A stretch of 63,717 nucleotides of DNA, filler included, from Octopus bimaculoides (Eukaryota), in the NCBI RefSeq assembly GCF_001194135.2. It is 5 parts of 5 records of this genome, joined end to end, with 100 filler letters (N's around TTAATTAATTAA, not from the genome) between each part and the next. Parts side by side here need not be neighbours in the genome. Positions count along the whole stretch, not along the records: positions 18,127 to 45,798 come from NC_069003.1; 4 more parts are not named here. One strand, 5' to 3'. The notes below the pieces were generated by a model. That model saw only the letters and a program-made list of their open reading frames with translations, was not told the DNA's origin and did not search any database. Positions 26,855 through 40,247 of this stretch are shown piece by piece. The translations under genes and the position numbers were made by a program. Position 1 is the first letter of the stretch, and each line of letters starts with the position of its first letter.

Positions 26855-27420
26855 AGTAGCAACCATTAGCAACTACTGACAAGCATTAGCAGGAAGTGAC
26901 CGGTAACCGATGACTGCGAATAGCAACTAGTGGCAAATATTATCAACCAGCAAACGATCATTAGCAAAGTGTGGCAGCCATTAGCAACAAGTGACAAATA
27001 TTAGTGACCAGTGGCAACCATTAGCAAACACTAACTGCCATTTGCGACCAGTAAAAGTCATTAGGAAACAACAAAATGTCATTAGCAACCAATAGCAGTC
27101 ATTAGCAACAGTCGTTAGAAACTAGTGACAAACACTATCAAGCAGTGACGAGTGTTAGTGACCAGTGGTAACCGTTAACAGCCAGTAACAGCCTTTACCA
27201 GCAGATCACGACCATAAGCAACCAGTTGCGGTCATTAGCAACCAGTGACAAGTATTAGCAACCAGCGGCAACTGTTAGCAACTGGTAACGAGCATTAGCC
27301 ACCAGTGACGACCATTAGCAACTAGTGACTACGATCAGCGACCAATGACAGCTATTAGCAAAGAATAACGGCCAATAGCAACCAGTGTCAACCATTAGCA
27401 ACAAGCGACAACTAGTCACG
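26855..27420 (+). repeat. Diverged minisatellite, 20-bp period, consensus approx. ATTAGCAACCAGTGACAACC
   Basis: Consecutive 20-mers such as attagcaaccagtgacaagt / attagcaaccagcggcaact / gttagcaactggtaacgagc / attagccaccagtgacgacc. Confidence 0.9.
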
Positions 27421-28569
27421 AACCAGTCGCGAATCGGTTGTAAACGACAGACGACAAAAAGTGGTTGTAGTAATAGAGAGCTAGTTGTTGTTGATGTTGC
27501 ATTGCAAGTCACTTGGTGCAGAATCTGATGTTGACTTAGTAGCAGTGAAGAGTGCAAAGTGCAATGAAGTGCAACAGAACATGGCAGCGTGTTGCACAGC
27601 TGCCAAGCTGAGCCAGACCTGAGCTGCGCCGAGCTGCAGGCCTGCAAAATGGCAAACTGCACTCGTTGATCCTTGCTGTTCATAGTAATGGTGGTGTGTC
27701 TATTATGTAATAGTGTATACCACCTAGTGCCGTCACCACTAACACCACCGCCGCCGCCGCCGCCACTATAACCACCACCACCACCACTAACAACACCTTC
27801 ACAGCAACGACGACGACGACGACCACCACCACTACCACTACCATCTCAAGCCCCAGCACTTCGAGCAGCATTGCTGCGACCGCCCACTATCAACACCGCT
27901 ACCACCACCCTCCGCTGCCACCATCGTCACCAGCACTGACTTCACCGTCGCCACCGAAACCACTACGAACCACTACNNNNNNNNNNNNNNNNNNNNNNNN
28001 NNNNNNNNNNNNNNNNNNNNNNNNNNNNNNNNNNNNNNNNNNNNNNNNNNNNNNNNNNNNNNNNNNNNNNNNNNNNNNNNNNNNNNNNNNNNNNNNNNNN
28101 NNNNNNNNNNNNNNNNNNNNNNNNNNNNNNNNNNNNNNNNNNNNNNNNNNNNNNNNNNNNNNNNNNNNNNNNNNNNNNNNNNNNNNNNNNNNNNNNNNNN
28201 NNNNNNNNNNNNNNNNNNNNNNNNNNNNNNNNNNNNNNNNNNNNNNNNNNNNNNNNNNNNNNNNNNNNNNNNNNNNNNNNNNNNNNNNNNNNNNNNNNNN
28301 NNNNNNNNNNNNNNNNNNNNNNNNNNNNNNNNNNNNNNNNNNNNNNNNNNNNNNNNNNNNNNNNNNNNNNNNNNNNNNNNNNNNNNNNNNNNNNNNNNNN
28401 NNNNNNNNNNNNNNNNNNNNNNNNNACCACCACCACTACCACTACCATCTCAAGCCCCAGCACTTCGAGCAGCATTGCTGCGACCGCCCACTATCAACAC
28501 CGCTACCACCATCACCTCCACCACCCTCGTAGTTGACGCCGCCTCCATCCGGGTCCATAGTGAAGGTGT

Positions 28570-29969
28570 GTCACATGCATATAATTATGTTTACAACGAC
28601 GAACAAAGAAAAATCTAAACCAGTTCTAAGCACACACCCACACATGCACACACACGCACACACGCACACACAGGCACATACACACACACGCACATAGACA
28701 CCCACACACACACATACACATGCATTCGGGTGCGTGTAATTGTGCATACGCTTGCAAGCGTATACACACATGCATTAGTAGTTATACACACATGCACTAA
28801 GAGATATATAGACATACCAAAAGCGGTGCTCCAGCATGGCTGCAGTCAAATGACTGAGACAAACAAAAGAGTAAAAGAATCGAATATATTCATACATGAC
28901 TCGTACATACCCTTTGCACACGTACACACATACTTGTGCACATATACACACAAACAGACGTACACACATGCACCCATTCATACACATACAGGAATTAAAG
29001 AGATATACGGCGTACACACATACAATGCACGCGTATATACGATTGCACACGTACTTGCACGCATACACACGCATACGCAGTCAAACACACCTAGATACAC
29101 TCATGCATGCATCCACGCGCACATACACAGATGCATGCGATAATTTATATATACACCCTTGTACTATTCAATGCTTATTTTCATACGCATGCGTTGATGT
29201 AAGACAGTGATACACGCGTGCATACATATATAGAAGCCAGCAATCGTATGCATATTACATATATTCACATATATTGGTGTATGCATTCGTGCGTTTGAAC
29301 ACAAGCAAACATGTACTCAGATTACACACATACATGCATGCATTCACACACACACACACACACGCACACACACTAATAAACACGTTCAACAATATGTGCA
29401 ATCGCACGTATAAAGATACACACGTGTACACACAAACACGTGGAACGATGCATAAACATACATACATTATTACACAAAAAGGTATACACAACCACATATA
29501 TGTTCTTGTATGTACACACACAGAGGTAGGCATCAAGATACACAACCACCCATCTATCATCTACATATTCATTCCAATACACACATACATGCAGTTGTAC
29601 GCATAAACACGTATAAAGATGCATACACACACAATAAAGCACGCATGTATTCCCAATCATATACGTACATGTACCCACACACACACGTATACGTATGCAC
29701 GTATAGACACACGAATATATGAATTCGCACACACAGATACGTATTAAGATACGAACACACAGATAAACGCACAATTACACAAGCATAGTTAAAGGTAAGC
29801 GCGCGCACACACACATACATACATACATACATACATACATACATACATGTATAAATACACTCCTAATTGCACACAAATATGTATGTATTCGTACATACAC
29901 ACACAAATACATGTATTCGCACGGGAAAACGTATAAAGATGTCTATCTAGCTATCTATCTATCTGTTTG

Positions 29970-30014
<45 letters not shown>

Positions 30015-30015
30015 G

Positions 30016-30058
<43 letters not shown>

Positions 30059-30830
30059 ACACACAAGCACACACATATGTACACATATTCATACACAATC
30101 ATGTATATATTCGTACACACACGGGATACATGCATTCGCACGCATAAAGACGTATAAAGAATCATACACATATAAAAACATGCGCACACACAGAAAAGCA
30201 TGCAGAAAGATGCATACAAACACATAAATGCACTCATCTGCACTGAATATCATGTACATGACCGTACGCAAACACTCATATATAGAAACGCACACACTCA
30301 CGCACAGACACACGCACGAAATATTTCTCTCATTATCTCCCAATATACAAGCGTTTCTATAGATGCAAGTATGTATGCGTGTATGATGCATGTATGCGTG
30401 TGAGTACTTGTGGGTGTGCGGACATGTGTATGCACGAGTGGACGCGCGCGCGCGCGTATAACTGCAGGTATATGTGTGAGAATGAAAAAGAAGCGTGTAT
30501 GTGTGGTACGTGTCGATGCCATCGGATAAGTGAACGTAAGCACGCGCGTGTACGAGAGTATAAATGTATGTAGATCTCCGACGAGTTGTACGAGAGCGGG
30601 TATGTGTATATGGACGAAAATATAAGTGTGTGTATATGCAAGTGCGTGTGAGTGTAAGTGTGGGTGCAAAGATGCGAGTGTAAAAGTGGGTATGAATGTG
30701 TATGTGGAAGAGAGCTTGTGCGAGTATGGATGAGTGCGGGTAAAGCTGTGAGCGCTGCGTGAGTGTAGGTGATACTGTGAAAAATTGTATAAGTGTGGGT
30801 ATGTGTATGTGAGTAAAGGTGTGCGGGTGT
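28570..30830. repeat. Degenerate CA/TA-rich low-complexity tract with (CTAT)n
   Basis: Mixed (CA)n, (CATA)n and (CTAT)n, with recurring ACGTATAAAGA. Confidence 0.85.
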
Positions 30831-30884
30831 TTCAGGAGGTGAACAAAAAATTGGAATTCATATATTTAGTGAAATGATATCAAA

Positions 30885-31805
30885 CTATACCACATCAAAC
30901 CGCACCACACCACACCACACACCACCACAACACACCACACCACATAACACAACACCACTCTATAGCACACCACATCACACCATACCACATACCTCATTTA
31001 ATCACACCACACCAAACCACGACACACAAAGCCACACCACATCACACCATACCACACCACATAACAGCGCACCACACCACACCAAGCCACTCCACTCCAC
31101 GCCACACCAAACGACACCACAACACACCACAACACCTCTCATTACACCACGCCACACCACACCACACCACACCACATCGCACCACATCAAATGACATCGC
31201 ACAACACTAGACCTCACCACACCACATCACACCACAACATTCCACACCACACCACACAACACTACATCNNNNNNNNNNNNNNNNNNNNNNNNNNNNNNNN
31301 NNNNNNNNNNNNNNNNNNNNNNNNNNNNNNNNNNNNNNNNNNNNNNNNNNNNNNNNNNNNNNNNNNNNNNNNNNNNNNNNNNNNNNNNNNNNNNNNNNNN
31401 NNNNNNNNNNNNNNNNNNNNNNNNNNNNNNNNNNNNNNNNNNNNNNNNNNNNNNNNNNNNNNNNNNNNNNNNNNNNNNNNNNNNNNNNNNNNNNNNNNNN
31501 NNNNNNNNNNNNNNNNNNNNNNCACTCCGCATCACCCCCACCACACTCCGCATCACCCCACCCCACATCACACTACACCACCTCACAACACACCACCCAC
31601 CCCACGTCACACCATACCACCTCCCGTCATACCACCTCACCGCACGTCACACTACAGCACATCACGTCACATCACACCACACCACAACACCAAACCACTT
31701 CACTCCATACCACATCGCACCACACCACAACACGTTGCCTCACACCACACCACACGGCACTACAACACATCACATCGCACCCTACCACTTCGCACCACAC
31801 CCCAG
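30885..31805 (+). repeat. Degenerate (CACCA)n pentamer satellite, interrupted by gap
   Basis: Direct reading of cacca/catca/cacaa units. Confidence 0.9.
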
Positions 31806-32220
31806 CACATTCAATGAAGCTGGAATCTACATTTCTATTATTGTAGAATGTGAGTCTTTCGATTTCGTATGATATTGGTGGGTAAATGTTTTTTCTGTTA
31901 GGCTTTGGTTGACGTTTGGTGAATGAAAACTGCGTAGAAGCCTGTCGTGTGCACTTTTTCGGATTTTGCAACCGTACAGCGTTGTCGTACACAGTGCCAC
32001 ATTGATTTTACCCTGTAATGATATTAAGAGAACATACGTTTGTGGTTTACTCGCTGTCTATATCGTTATTTCAATGAGCGGATAAATCAGTTGATGGAAT
32101 AACCGAAACCTCTGTCGTAATTTGACGGAGACACAATACCAGCGCCAACACCAACATTACTACTGCTATCACCACTACCTTAATCTCCTCCTCCTCCTCC
32201 ATAGGCACTCTCACCAGCAT

Positions 32221-32252
<32 letters not shown>

Positions 32253-32264
32253 GCAGTAGCACCC

Positions 32265-32752
32265 CCACCAGCACCACCAAATAATTTTGCTGAAATAAAG
32301 AGGTTTTTCCTTTTTTTGATATTCAGCTTACTGGAAAACGAAATTCTCCCCGTCAAATGTCGAAGATCCACGACGATGACGACGGCGATGACGACGACGA
32401 TGACAATGACAACGACGGCCATCACAAGCTTCACCACTTCTTAGAATAACATTACATTAATACAAGTTGTTTTCTTTGATTATGTAATTACTGGTTCNNN
32501 NNNNNNNCAGTAGCACCCCCACCAGCACCACCAAATAATTTTGCTGAAATAAAGAGGTTTTTCCTTTTTTTGATATTCAGCTTACTGGAAAACGAAATTC
32601 TCCCCGTCAAATGTCGAAGATCCACGACGATGACGACGGCGATGACGACGACGATGACAATGACAACGACGGCCATCACAAGCTTCACCACTTCTTAGAA
32701 TAACATTACATTAATACAAGTTGTTTTCTTTGATTATGTAATTACTGGTTCG
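32265..32752. other. Exact duplication across a 10-N gap (assembly overlap)
   Basis: About 230 bp at 32265-32497 is repeated at 32509-32752 with a short N run between. Confidence 0.85.
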
Positions 32753-33029
32753 TTTTTTTCCATTTTGCGACGGTCTTTTGTTAAGTAAACAGTAGTTCCA
32801 TGATATTTCCCATTGTTATCTTCATTGAATTAACACGAGAACGTGTTTCATGGCTTTTCAGCGAATTTTTTTTATTATTATCACTTTTAAAATATTATGA
32901 CTACTAAATTTGTGGAATACCAAGCGGTTGTCAAATTTAATGCCGTTACTAAATATGATGTGTGTATATAAGTTATAAAATGTATAAATATATATGGAGT
33001 TGCAATGTAGATCCGGGAAGATGTCACGC

Positions 33030-33225
33030 CTGTAATCCTGCAGTGATACTCAATCTCAGTCTGTGACACTCTGGGGATAAACATTGAATAGATGAAAATG
33101 ATAATATGTGCTACATATCGCACACAAGATGTACCCAGTCATGGGGACTCATTTGAAGAGATCCTCAAAAAGATGGAAGAAGTATTGGGCGACCAAGATG
33201 GCAACCTTCATACTTCTTCGAAGCA
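33030..33225 (+). mobile_element. CR1/L2-like LINE AP-endonuclease relic
   Basis: SVCDTLGINIE*MKMIICATYR..DSFEEILKKMEEVL resembles the APE segment preceding the GDFN motif. Confidence 0.45.
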
Positions 33226-34659
33226 ACAATGTATCTAACCGTCATTTAATTATGGTAATCGCAGCCTGATGATTAGCTAAGTTGAGCATCCCTCGTTGAA
33301 TAACTATTACATCCGAGGATCAGCTAGCTAAGAACCATATATGACCTGCCTTTTACCCGCTCTACTCTCTCAATTTGGATTTTTATATGTATGTATGTAT
33401 GTATGTATGTATATATTATGTGATGTGTGTGTGTATCTCTTTCACTATGTATATATATATATATATATAACAAATAATAAATATATATATATATATATAT
33501 ATATGTTGAAATGTTGTAACTGAAGAAGGTTTACTTAGTGGTTGCATTTTTATTATATATTACGCAAACCCAAGACGTACGTATTAAACATTTTCAAAAT
33601 GTCACTATTTGGTTTGAATTCATTATTACAACTTATATGACTCGATGTCAATACAAACTCGCTGGTCTTGAATTCAGTTATGTGGAGAATCTAACCACGA
33701 TTTGGAATAATTTGTTACGTTTGACTAGAGTCGAAAATTCTGGTGCCCTACACGGCTTCAGAGCGTAACATGAAATACACATACACACACACACGCACAT
33801 TATAATATTCTGAATATCTTACTAAATGTAAATATACTGAAGAAAGCCACAAAACTGCATTATTCGTTTGAAGAAAGTATGTCATATAGATGTATAGTAT
33901 TAGAAGGTGGTAGTGCTAAATCGAGATTTTTGTTTCATGAGTGTCGTCAGTAACAAGTGTCGGCTAGTGACTGCATGCTTAGATAAATTTAGCCTCTACT
34001 GACATACAAAAACAGAGATTAACAAACCACTGGTGTTGCATATATCCCTGGGATGATTACAGTGCAGTCCGTAGTATTATTGGGCATCGGGTTGATCATC
34101 TTCATGGGTTCATTTCTTCAGGCGATATCACATTAATGGATGTGCAGCAGAAGGATGTTTATCCCTTTTTACCAGTATGAAGGTTAAGCAAATTGTGTGG
34201 GTATTTCTGTGTGTATTTGGTGGTGGTGGTGGGGAAAGGTGATGGAAAGAGAGGAAGGAATCATAGTTATATGGGGATGGAGGTGTATGTGGTGGTGTTA
34301 GCCTTATTTTGTTATCCATTCAGCAGATGTTAAGGATTGGCAGCACATTGTTTTGTTTGATTTTTTTAAAGGTTTGACTATATTCAATAAATTTTGAAGT
34401 CAACAGGTCATCCGGTACTACTACTACTACTACTACTACTACAGCCATCAGCTATTGGGGTTTGTTGACTGAATTGATAAATGATACTTTCTTATGGTGA
34501 CCTTTTCATTGTTTCTGGTGGATTAGTGTATAGCTTCGTAAATATTGGTTGGTTTGTTTATTTGTTTGGGTTCCTTCCCTCTTCTATTATGTGTTATTTC
34601 GTTTCAAAATATTTTTTTCAAATTCCAGAAACGATATTTTGTTCTTATGCTTACATGAC

Positions 34660-35345
34660 ATGATCACCTCAGAGTGACTATATATCACATTTTCTCTCGA
34701 TGCGATAATTTCCAAGCTTTCTTCTAGACACAAGTTGCTTAACCGTGATGTTCTGTTGTATGGTGCAGCATTTTTTTGTAATGGACCATTGCGTCGTATG
34801 TTCCACTTCATTCTGTTTGAGCCTCCAGACGAGGTTCGATAGAGATGTGGAGTGTCTTTTATTTATGTTGGAAAATGGTGAGAGATGGTTACGCAGGCAA
34901 GTTTTCATGGTGTCTCCGGTGTCACCGATGTACACGTATTTTTGCGTATCTGTTTTCATCACACATTTGTACACTACATTCCTTATCATGCAGTTGTTAT
35001 TAAATCTGCATTCCTCTTTACGTCTGCAGTTACACATGATATTTTTTCCATTCTTCCCGTGGAGTTACTATTGGTGGTCCCCTTTCTTCTCCTGTAATCG
35101 TGCACTCATTTTCCTTATGCATGGATTGTATCCTTAATTGAGTGATGTTGTTTGGGTCCGTTGTTGCTATGACGAGCTTTTATTACACCTACTTTCAACC
35201 TTTCCATCATTGTATACAGTGTTATTAGCTGCGGTTGCTTCGTATTTTCCCTCTAGTTTTATTCTATTCCGTTTTGTGTTATTTAGTTTGTGTATTCTAG
35301 ACTGTGAGAGATCGCGAATGTTAATTGTACATTATGTCTGTTGAT
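34660..35345 (-). mobile_element. Penelope-like element fragment (GIY-YIG endonuclease)
   Basis: ORF 34678..35037: CNCRRKEEC..NCMIRNVVYKC..YIG.T..NH..HSTSLSNLVWRLK..QWSI, a PLE-type GIY-YIG with Cys-rich leader. Confidence 0.88.
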
Positions 35346-36186
35346 GATTTTGTGATATTTGGAAGATCTTGGGAAGTACCTTCTAATGCTGCGAAGAATT
35401 CCTAACCTGTTTTAAATTTCACCAAATAATTCAATCAGTTATTTTTTCATTTATTTTAATATATCTATTGGGTTTGTTAGTGTATTCTACTGTTTTGTTA
35501 TCATTATTACTATCACCGATAATAATAACCCAATCTTTAATTCACAGCTGAAATTCAAAATAGGCTAGGAATTCTTCGCAGCATTAGATAGGCATTTCCC
35601 AAAATCTTCCAAAATTCTTCAAGGCGGTGTCCCAGCATGGCCGCAGTCTAANNNNNNNNNNNNNNNNNNNNNNNNNNNNNNNNNNNNNNNNNNNNNNNNN
35701 NNNNNNNNNNNNNNNNNNNNNNNNNNNNNNNNNNNNNNNNNNNNNNNNNNNNNNNNNNNNNNNNNNNNNNNNNNNNNNNNNNNNNNNNNNNNNNNNNNNN
35801 NNNNNNNNNNNNNNNNNNNNNNNNNNNNNNNNNNNNNNNNNNNNNNNNNNNNNNNNNNNNNNNNNNNNNNNNNNNNNNNNNNNNNNNNNNNNNNNNNNNN
35901 NNNNNNNNNNNNNNNNNNNNNNNNNNNNNNNNNNNNNNNNNNNNNNNNNNNNNNNNNNNNNNNNNNNNNNNNNNNNNNNNNNNNNNNNNNNNNNNNNNNN
36001 NNNNNNNNNNNNNNNNNNNNNNNNNNNNNNNNNNNNNNNNNNNNNNNNNNNNNNNNNNNNNNNNNNNNNNNNNNNNNNNNNNNNNNNNNNNNNNNNNNNN
36101 NNNNNNNNNNNNNNNNNNNNNNNNNNNNNNNNNNNNNNNNNNNNNNNNNNNNNNNNNNNNNNNNNNNNNNNNNNNNNNNNNNNNNN

Positions 36187-36745
36187 GTCAAGCGGTAGTA
36201 GATGACTGATGCGATGTACGCATTCGCCACCTCCGCTGACCTTTCAGGGACAGCTTTCTCTCGGCCCATTTCTGAGTGAGATCGGCCACCCTGCTCGTCA
36301 CCTCATCCCAGTTCTTCTCCACCTGGAAGTCCGGACCTAACCAAACTCACTCCGAGGAACTTAACGGGACCGTCTGTGTAGCGCTTCACCACGCTGTTGG
36401 AGCATGGACTTGCTTCTCCAGGTGCTGAGTTACAAGCCCAATGACTTTTCCGCGTTAATTTTAGCTCCTGTCACCGCTTCATGTTCCTGTAGTGTTTCGC
36501 CAATCAATATGCCTGTGGTTCGACACTATGACGGTGACATCATCAGCATAAGCAGACACACTTCTTCCACATCCTAGATCACGCGGGACACCCTTCAAAA
36601 TTTCCAACTTCCGCAGTAATAGCTCAAGAGTCAGTACATAGAGAAGGGAGGAGAGAGAGCACCCTTGACGGACCGAACACAAGATGCTGAATGGCTCCGA
36701 CATGTGACCATTCACCCGAACAACCGAGCAGATGCCACTGTATAA
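36187..36745 (-). mobile_element. Tx1/L1-like LINE RT fragment
   Basis: ORF 36479..36715: SVRQGCSLSSLLYVLTLE..SAYADDVTV (QG..S and YADD motifs). Confidence 0.88.
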
Positions 36746-36785
<40 letters not shown>

Positions 36786-36854
36786 TGTCTCCTCTATTGA
36801 CCTCAATGACATGCTGAAAATTCATCTGCCTAATTGCCTTAAAACCAGTCCTGT

Positions 36855-36927
<73 letters not shown>

Positions 36928-37695
36928 AGCGTATTTGTTTGTGAGTGTGTGTGTGTGTGTTTATATTGGTTGATTGTTGTTAGAAAACAAACGCCTTAAT
37001 CACACAGCCATGCCGCATAACGTGAACAATAGAAAGTTAACGATAAATCCTTCAGAGATGGAAATAATTCTAATAAATCCAAAATTTTAGGTTGTGTGGT
37101 ATCTGATATACCTGTGTTTGTCTTTGTCATTCAAATATATGTCACCGCTCTTTCTGAATTATTTTTCATTGATCATTTTTGTTCAGACAACATGAAGCCA
37201 TTTTATAGCAGACTGACTCGCTAAGATGGCTACCCATGAGTGTCTGCTTTTACATATATTTCTACCAAACACCATGTTCACATCACGTGTAATACATAAA
37301 CTTTCTGAAAAGAGCTCACGTGTTGCTCTTATTCTTCAAAGAAAGGCTAAACCCAGGTTTTATTATATCACAAAAATTGTCTTATTTTATGAATTTTAGA
37401 TTTAATCTTACTTTACTACCATTAATCATTATTTTATCATTTTTTCCGGATTATAGATTTTTAGAAAAATAGGTTATTTTCCTTAAAGATTTGCCATCAA
37501 TTTCAGCATATCTTTTAGCTTTTTTTCATGTGGAATATAGAATATAAAATTTATTTTTGACTAATTTCTTAGAATTATCAGGATGATTAGCATATTGGTA
37601 TATTGCCAATATGGAATGAAAAGTGGCACAAACAGAAGAGAGGATATTTTAGCAATATTTCTTCCTTTTAACACCGTGTAAGGGCATTTTCATTC

Positions 37696-37757
<62 letters not shown>

Positions 37758-37901
37758 GGGTTATTGACAGAAAGCGGAAAAGAGAAAAAAACAAAGATAG
37801 ACAGAGATACATAAGATTATAGATAGACAGACGGTGAGAGAAAGAGAGGGAGATTGCTAGATAGACAAAGGAAGGGAAAGAGAGATAGATAGACTGAGTG
37901 A

Positions 37902-37954
<53 letters not shown>

Positions 37955-38229
37955 AAAGATTGACTGAATCGATAACCTCATTGGTTAAACATGAGCGACA
38001 TCACACCCCTCACCACCAGCACAAGCACCAGCATCACAGCCCCACTACAAACACCCCTTGCTCCATATCATCTTCACCATCATTCCACTAACGCCGACCC
38101 CATTACTACTCCGTTACTATTAGTACTACTACTATCAGCACCTCCACTAACACCACCATCATTCATACTATAACCATTACCACTGCCAACTCGCGCCTCT
38201 TAATAATAATAATAATAATAATAATAATG

Positions 38230-38387
38230 CTTTCTAACCCTAATCGACTTATTCCCTTCCCCAAGATTTCAGGCCTTGTGCCCATAGTAGAAAGGATGAA
38301 AGTCAAAGTCGACGGAATTTGAACCCAGAACGTGAAGACAGACGAAATACCACTAAGCATTTTGCCCGGCGTGCTAACGATTCTGCC

Positions 38388-38390
<3 letters not shown>
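38230..38390 (-). mobile_element. SINE A chimera: plus-strand A2 tail joined to minus-strand A head
   Basis: AATCGACTTATTCCC..AGTAGAAAGGAT runs directly into GAAAGTCAAAGTCGAC..GATTCTGCC. Confidence 0.7.
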
Positions 38391-38439
<49 letters not shown>

Positions 38440-38442
38440 TAA

Positions 38443-38489
<47 letters not shown>

Positions 38490-38514
38490 GTAGTAGTAGT
38501 AGTAGTAGTAGCAA

Positions 38515-38740
38515 CATGAAAGCATCAAGAGGAATATCAAGGAAATTAGAATACAGTGCCCAGTAGAACTGTTACAAAAGGGCTGCCTCCTCCTTGACAT
38601 GGCCAGAATAATTAGGAAAGTACCAGATAGCTGAAAAGAATGGGTAGCATGGTACCGTAGGCTGCAGGTAGCAAGCCCGCCATTCATGCAAGACTCCAGA
38701 AGTTCCAACAAAACCTGTGATAAATGATAATAATAATAAT
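38515..38740 (+). mobile_element. R4/Dong-like element 3' end between (TAA)n tracts
   Basis: ELLQKGCLLLDMARIIRKVPDS* C-terminal motif, short 3' UTR, then GATAATAATAATAAT. Confidence 0.6.
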
Positions 38741-38794
38741 GATGATGATGATGATGGTTTTGACGAGGACGACGAGGACAACGACGATGATGAT

Positions 38795-39005
38795 GGCAGA
38801 ATCGTTAGCACGCGGAGCGAAATGCTGAGCGCTATTTCGTCTGCCGTTACGTTCTGAGTTCAAATTCCGCCGAGGCCGACTTTGCCTTTTATCCTTTCGG
38901 GATCGATTAAATAATTACCAGTTACCAGTCGATGCAATCGATTTAATCCCCCTGTCTGTCCTTCTTTGTCCCCTCTATGTTTAGTCCCCTGGAGGCAATA
39001 AAGAT
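38795..39005 (+). mobile_element. SINE family A (A1), 5'-clipped
   Basis: GGCAGAATCGTTAGCACG..GAGTTCAAATTCCGCCGAGG..GTCCCCTCTATG. Confidence 0.85.
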
Positions 39006-39034
39006 ATAGTTAATGACGAAGTTGTTGATGATGA

Positions 39035-39200
39035 TTAACATAGGCACAAGACCACAGATACTTTTTTATGAGGGGTCAGTTTGTTGATTAAATTGACCCT
39101 AGCACCTACCCGGTACTTTATTTCTTCGACCCCCCCCCCAATGTTGATCTCATGCTGGGATTTTGAACGTGGAATGTTAAGGAAAGAAACTAAACCTCGC
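39035..39200 (-). mobile_element. SINE family A (A2 tail), degraded
   Basis: Minus strand AAAGTACC..GGGTCAAT..GTCTTGTGCCTATG resembles the A2 tail. Confidence 0.55.
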
Positions 39201-39456
39201 ATGACAATTTCTTTAGCATTCGACGGAGTCTGCCTTCGTCCTCTCTCAGGGATCAAATGAGACACAATAACGGCAACAATAACAACAGCAACAAAAACGA
39301 GAACGAGAACGAGAACAACGTCAGCAACAACAACAACAACAGCAGCAGCAGCAACAACAACAAAAACAACAACAACAACAGCAACAACAGCAACGACGAC
39401 GACGACAACAACAACAGCAGCAACAACAACAACAACAACAACAGCAGCAGCAACAA

Positions 39457-39487
<31 letters not shown>

Positions 39488-40148
39488 AAAAACAACAGCA
39501 GCAAACTTAAGAAGAAACCAACAGGTGAGGAAGAATATTGAAAAAAATATAAACCTTTAGGAGAAAAAAATAATTTGCATTGAAAGAAAAAAAATTAAAA
39601 AAGAAAGCAAAAAAGATAGATGTGAAGGGAGAAAATGAAGGTAAAAGTAATTAAAAAAAAATCATGTTATATAAAGAGTAACAAAAAATAAGAAAAACGA
39701 CCCCCCTCCGTAAAATATGGTTTTGAAAATCTCAAAAAAACCTAATCACGTGAGCTTACGCACCAAATTATAACGTAGAAACTTGTTTGTCATTTTNNNN
39801 NNNNNNNNNNNNNNNNNNNNNNNNNNNNNNNNNNNNNNNNNNNNNNNNNNNNNNNNNNNNNNNNNNNNNNNNNNNNNNNNNNNNNNNNNNNNNNNNNNNN
39901 NNNNNNNNNNNNNNNNNNNNNNNNNNNNNNNNNNNNNNNNNNNNNNNNNNNNNNNNNNNNNNNNNNNNNNNNNNNNNNNNNNNNNNNNNNNNNNNNNNNN
40001 NNNNNNNNNNNNNNNNNNNNNNNNNNNNNNNNNNNNNNNNNNNNNNNNNNNNNNNNNNNNNNNNNNNNNNNNNNNNNNNNNNNNNNNNNNNNNNNNNNNN
40101 NNNNNNNNNNNNNNNNNNNNNNNNNNNNNNNNNNNNNNNNNNNNNNNA

Positions 40149-40179
<31 letters not shown>

Positions 40180-40206
40180 TCTATGTATGTATGTATGTGT
40201 ATGTAT

Positions 40207-40247
<41 letters not shown>

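Noticed and set aside
26855-27420. CRISPR-like repeat-spacer array
   Set aside because: Eukaryotic context, no invariant repeat, the variable parts are mutated copies of one consensus, and no cas genes.
30874-31817. His/Thr/Pro-rich or Trp/Cys/Gly-rich repetitive ORFs
   Set aside because: Translations of a (CACCA)n pentamer satellite, which is not in phase with codons.
32265-32752. Recent tandem duplications (also 27820-28510 and 50440-50592)
   Set aside because: Identical copies flank N gaps, typical of unmerged contig overlaps.
39257-39541. Poly-Asn/Ser ORF (and poly-Thr/Ala ORFs at 22734 and 43953)
   Set aside because: Trinucleotide repeats with no flanking splice or domain evidence; 22734 lies within a degraded LINE.
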